From: Trichomonas gallinae | Lineage: Eukaryota | Length of the DNA stretch: 32,993 nt | Direction of reading: 5' to 3' | Assembly (NCBI GenBank): GCA_008369845.1 | Contig: MRSU01011090.1 | Coordinates: 1-32,993 of the forward strand | Shown here: positions 29,122 through 32,993 of the stretch, one piece after another | Position numbering within the stretch: position 1 is the stretch's first letter | Layout: the number at the start of each line of letters is the position of its first letter | Notes under the pieces: generated by a model | The model's input: only the letters and a program-made list of their open reading frames with translations | What the model was told of the DNA's origin: nothing | Databases searched by the model: none | Made by a program: the position numbers and the translations under genes

Positions 29122-32100
29122 TCAGGTAAGAAGGAATGCTTCTTGACCCTCATATATTGCGTATCTTAGTTTCTCTTTCATGATTTCTATCGATGAATAT
29201 GCCGGAATCTTAAGGTAGTGGGAGCATGTTGAAACTGAAGGAAGAAGCCAATCAGGCATCTCATCCTTTTCAGGTGTCTTCCTTGCGATAGAAATCCTTG
29301 GCTGAAGGGAGCCAATGCCTCCAATTGGAAGCCTCTCACTTCCAGTGATGAATTTAACGAATAATGACTGTTCCTTTGTTGTCATTTGAGAGACAATCTC
29401 AAATAGCATTGATATCTGTGGAGAAGTCTTCGTGAATCCATGCTCAACTTCGACAGATTCGATAAGATCATCAATCGTAATATTGACTTCCTTTCCAGTC
29501 AGTAGATGAAGAAGTTCGTGTGCTGTCAAAACTTCCCACATAGGTGAAGGAGCAACTAAAGAGAATCCACGCTTAAATCTATTGACGCACTCCATAACAT
29601 TGCGTTCTATTGTATGTTCAGCAATCAATTTCTTGAATTCAGCAATATTTTCTGCATTGACCTCCTTATCTACTCCTTTTTCACAGAGTTCGAACTCTCC
29701 GTAGCCAGGATATGTGAACTGCATTCCGAAGAAAGACGAATCAGATTCTGATTCGAGGGATTTTTGAAGGACTTGGTCAACATCACCAACTGATATCTTC
29801 TCTCCTTTGACTAAGCGCATGAAACTGCTTGATAGAGGGATTGGGAGAACGACATCACTTGCGAGGGCTTTGGCGAATAATATGCCAAGCGCTTCGAACA
29901 ATTCTGGATTTGCTGTTGGACTTGGGAATAATCCATTTTTAGTGAAACAATATGGACTGGATGAGGTGTCTTCGTTCCTCCACATGTTCCTTTCTTTCTT
30001 CATGAACTCATATGACATCATTGTAATGAATTCTCTCAGTGGGCCACTTCCATAGCCTGCTTCGCCTGTAAATGCAATGACGAGTTGTGAAGGACCAGGT
30101 CCAAACGTTTTGAGGATCGACAAACCATCATCGAATAGTGATTCTCTCGAAATGTTTATCTGGAATGTTACTCTTCCGTCTTTAAACTTTTCGCTTGATT
30201 TTAGGATGGTTTTTGATGCATGGCAGAGCGCAGAGAAGAAATCAAGTGATGCAACCTGGAAAATATAGAATTTGAGCTGCTCTGTGAACAAGAAAGGACA
30301 TCTGCGAATAATGGACATAGCTGGTGAGAAGAATGACATAGAAAGAACAGGAGACTGAAGAAGTAATGTCATTCTTTTTTCAAGTTTAGTCGACTTCAAT
30401 TCCATGTTTGGAGAAAGTCTGCGGATGTCGCTCAGACATGAAAGAGCAAGCTGCATTTCGCCTGTTATTAATTCGTGCTTAATTACAAGCTCTAATGGAA
30501 CATCTTTATCTAAATCAATTTCTTCAAGTTTAATTACTACGTTGCCATCAAACACTTCTTTGAGAGATGAGCATAGGCGCGAAATTGATGTGAAACATTC
30601 AGAAAGAGCGGAAAATTTATGATCTTTGAATTCGAATGTGAAGAATTTGTATTCTGGAGGCCTTATTATGCGGCAAAGAAGACCAAACTGTGAGTTTGTG
30701 AGTGTCTTAATCTGATCTAATTCAAGAAAACGTAAAATTTCATTCTTCGATCTCATATAATTTAATATTTTCTCAACTGAATAATCAAGAACGTTAATAT
30801 TATACCAAAACTCGAGACTTGTGAATAATGATATCATTACAACATCAGGCGGGCGAATTATATCTTCACCAACTTGGAGCTTGAATGAATATGCAATAAA
30901 TGGATACCGTGCAATATTCTGTCCCTCTAAAAGATCCTTTTCTTCATAAACAGGCAGGAATGTTGCAATTTCTTCAAATAGCTCATAAGAACGCTTCAAA
31001 TCGAGATCAACTGCATCAGGATGCTGTTTTGCAAGTTTATGAAATTCTCTTGCAAGTCCTGCTTTAAAGAATTCAACTGATGAGAATTTATTGTTATTAA
31101 TAAAGCTAACGAGACCAGATAATGACTCGAATTTCTTTCCTTCACATATACTACTCTGTGCATTCTTAGTAGAAGCTAATAAATCATTGAGTTTCGCTTC
31201 ATACCATTCGAGATTAGAATTATTTTTGGGTTTAACGCGGCTCAATGTGTCTGAGATTCCATACAATGAAATCTTAGACTTGTCGTTAACATTAGAAGCG
31301 AATTCCATAATAACTACAACATTTTCTGGTTTGTTTGCATAGCCGGTTATAGCAATGAAAACATCAGAAGGTAAGTCGAATTGTTCTAAGTTGAGACATG
31401 CTGTTAGATTTGAAATTGAAATGAGCTCATTATTATTATTTTCAATAATGTGTCTAACAATAAGATTTCTGATATTTCTGGAAAATTCTAACGCGTTTGA
31501 TGGCGAAGTATGTTCATTTAGTAAAACGTTTTCAGGGTATTTCGGTCTTGGGAGAATAAATGCGAATAAAATTAAAGTTTTCTGAATGATTTCAAGTCTG
31601 CTTTCTGGAAAATCTTTCGAAAACAAAAGTCTTTCGTAATTAAATTGAGTTTTAGCTATTGCTTCTGCACATTTTAGATTATTTGAAAGTTTGATTAAAA
31701 CAATTAAGATATCGTAAACCAAATCTGAGCTGTTTGTAACTGTGATGGCTGTAGAAAGTGAGTCGATATTGTTAATTGGAAAATCGTTGAGATCTGCTCG
31801 TTTGATAATATTATTAATTGAAGCAATGCAGTATTCAGCTATTTGTCGATCTGGGTTGCACACAAGTGAGCACAAATTCGGTAGATAATTAACATAATCA
31901 CTTCGTTCATAATATTCGGTCATTACTTTTACGGTTTGGAGAGAGATTCTCTGTTCTGCTGTGGTTAAAAAGTCTAAAAACCTGAAGAAAATGTCCAATC
32001 CCATAACTTTTCCTAGTGTTGATGCTGTATAATTTGCTATTGAATTAAAACAATGAATGCAGTTTTCAGCTAACTCGATGCTGCATCCTTGATCGAGTTT

Positions 32101-32406
32101 AGCACAAGCTGCTTGAATAAATCCAGCTTTTGCGACAGGGAAAATAGCATCGGTTGTAACAGATAAAATATTTCTCAAGCAAAGAGCAGCTTGTTCTTCA
32201 ATAATATCAGCACTTGCAGTAGAAAACAAATTGCATAGCGGCGATATAACTCTTTCTAAACCAAAGTTCCCGATTTCGTCTGGAGAAACAGATAACAGGA
32301 CTGTGCTGAGTATCATAAGCCCTTCGGTTTGTGCGTTGATGTCATCGGAGCTTATCTGGTTTATGGACATCTCCACAATATCCGGCGAGAACTGCATTCC
32401 AAACAT
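29122..32406 (-). CDS. ARM-repeat HECT E3 ubiquitin ligase, TRIP12/UFD4/UPL3 type
   Basis: First ATG at 32406. N-terminal ARM-like IELAENCI...FLDFLTTAEQR. HECT: FTGEAGYGSGPLREF, FVKFITGSERLPIGG, LPSVSTCSHYLKIPAYSS...EGQEAFLLT with the catalytic Cys present. Confidence 0.92.
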   Translation of the reverse strand: MFGMQFSPDIVEMSINQISSDDINAQTEGLMILSTVLLSVSPDEIGNFGLERVISPLCNLFSTASADIIEEQAALCLRNILSVTTDAIFPVAKAGFIQAACAKLDQGCSIELAENCIHCFNSIANYTASTLGKVMGLDIFFRFLDFLTTAEQRISLQTVKVMTEYYERSDYVNYLPNLCSLVCNPDRQIAEYCIASINNIIKRADLNDFPINNIDSLSTAITVTNSSDLVYDILIVLIKLSNNLKCAEAIAKTQFNYERLLFSKDFPESRLEIIQKTLILFAFILPRPKYPENVLLNEHTSPSNALEFSRNIRNLIVRHIIENNNNELISISNLTACLNLEQFDLPSDVFIAITGYANKPENVVVIMEFASNVNDKSKISLYGISDTLSRVKPKNNSNLEWYEAKLNDLLASTKNAQSSICEGKKFESLSGLVSFINNNKFSSVEFFKAGLAREFHKLAKQHPDAVDLDLKRSYELFEEIATFLPVYEEKDLLEGQNIARYPFIAYSFKLQVGEDIIRPPDVVMISLFTSLEFWYNINVLDYSVEKILNYMRSKNEILRFLELDQIKTLTNSQFGLLCRIIRPPEYKFFTFEFKDHKFSALSECFTSISRLCSSLKEVFDGNVVIKLEEIDLDKDVPLELVIKHELITGEMQLALSCLSDIRRLSPNMELKSTKLEKRMTLLLQSPVLSMSFFSPAMSIIRRCPFLFTEQLKFYIFQVASLDFFSALCHASKTILKSSEKFKDGRVTFQINISRESLFDDGLSILKTFGPGPSQLVIAFTGEAGYGSGPLREFITMMSYEFMKKERNMWRNEDTSSSPYCFTKNGLFPSPTANPELFEALGILFAKALASDVVLPIPLSSSFMRLVKGEKISVGDVDQVLQKSLESESDSSFFGMQFTYPGYGEFELCEKGVDKEVNAENIAEFKKLIAEHTIERNVMECVNRFKRGFSLVAPSPMWEVLTAHELLHLLTGKEVNITIDDLIESVEVEHGFTKTSPQISMLFEIVSQMTTKEQSLFVKFITGSERLPIGGIGSLQPRISIARKTPEKDEMPDWLLPSVSTCSHYLKIPAYSSIEIMKEKLRYAIYEGQEAFLLT

Positions 32407-32934
32407 TCCTGTCAAAATTTATTAATCAAAAATTGTTCAGACGATAGAAAAAAAATTTGCCACGAAATTTTTTTTTAGTTTATGATTTTTTAGATAAAGA
32501 GTAGATGGTGGATATATTTAAATCAAAATTATGACAACAATTGAATTAAATTCAATTCGCATCATAATATTGCAATGAAAACAGAAATAAAAGCGAATTA
32601 TCAACAATATTTTCCAAAAGTGAATGATGTAAAGTTGACAATTTACTATCAATCTGACATTCTGACATTTACAACTTTACAATATTTAACTTGACATCAA
32701 ATCCAACATATTCAACTTGACATTACCAAATATGACATCGTCAACTTTGCAATCTGATAAATATGATAGTTTCAAGTTACCACACCAATAGCATAGTTAT
32801 CATTATTTCATCGTCATTGACTTTACAAATGTTTGATTTGTTATATATATGAATAGTTGGCATGTAGCAGATAATAAATCATTACAATTACGTTATAATG
32901 CGTCATAAACTTTAGAAAGTATAGATAAGGAAAT

Positions 32935-32966
<32 letters not shown>

Positions 32967-32967
32967 A
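32935..32967 (+). repeat. (AC)5 followed by an A23 tract
   Basis: Read directly: acacacacac 32935-32944, A-run 32945-32967. Confidence 0.9.
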
Positions 32968-32993
32968 GAACAAGAGATCACCACAAATTCACC

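Noticed and set aside
1..32993. tRNA, rRNA, snRNA, CRISPR arrays, Maverick/transposase genes, canonical GT-AG introns
   Set aside because: No supporting motifs seen by eye; all conserved genes are single uninterrupted ORFs.

Overview
AT-rich, intron-poor eukaryotic DNA with short intergenic regions and the standard genetic code. TCAYW initiator motifs just before ATGs, stop codons fused to TAAA, and a GP63-like gene point to a trichomonad parabasalid such as Trichomonas vaginalis; this is an inference. Eleven intact genes are present: GP63/M8 protease with an IPT domain, IFT70/TTC30, RRM-RRM-BTB, FAM184-like, COG2, Arp3, PHD-PHD-SET(Set3/MLL5-like), long-chain acyl-CoA synthetase, Dna2-like, DUF4795/QRICH2-like, and a TRIP12/UFD4-type HECT ligase. 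Two divergent members of one beta-helix-like membrane-protein family are both damaged only at their 5' ends. The most notable signals are a full-length Dna2 homologue with both active sites degenerate but its Fe-S cysteines kept, a recurrent upstream motif TGNCATGTAR/YTACATGNCA in front of five genes, the 5'-disabled surface-protein pair, an RRM-BTB fusion, and a nested fold-back at 21.05-21.17 kb that overlaps an AT...AC intron-like signature. All family calls are by eye from recalled motifs; no searches were run.
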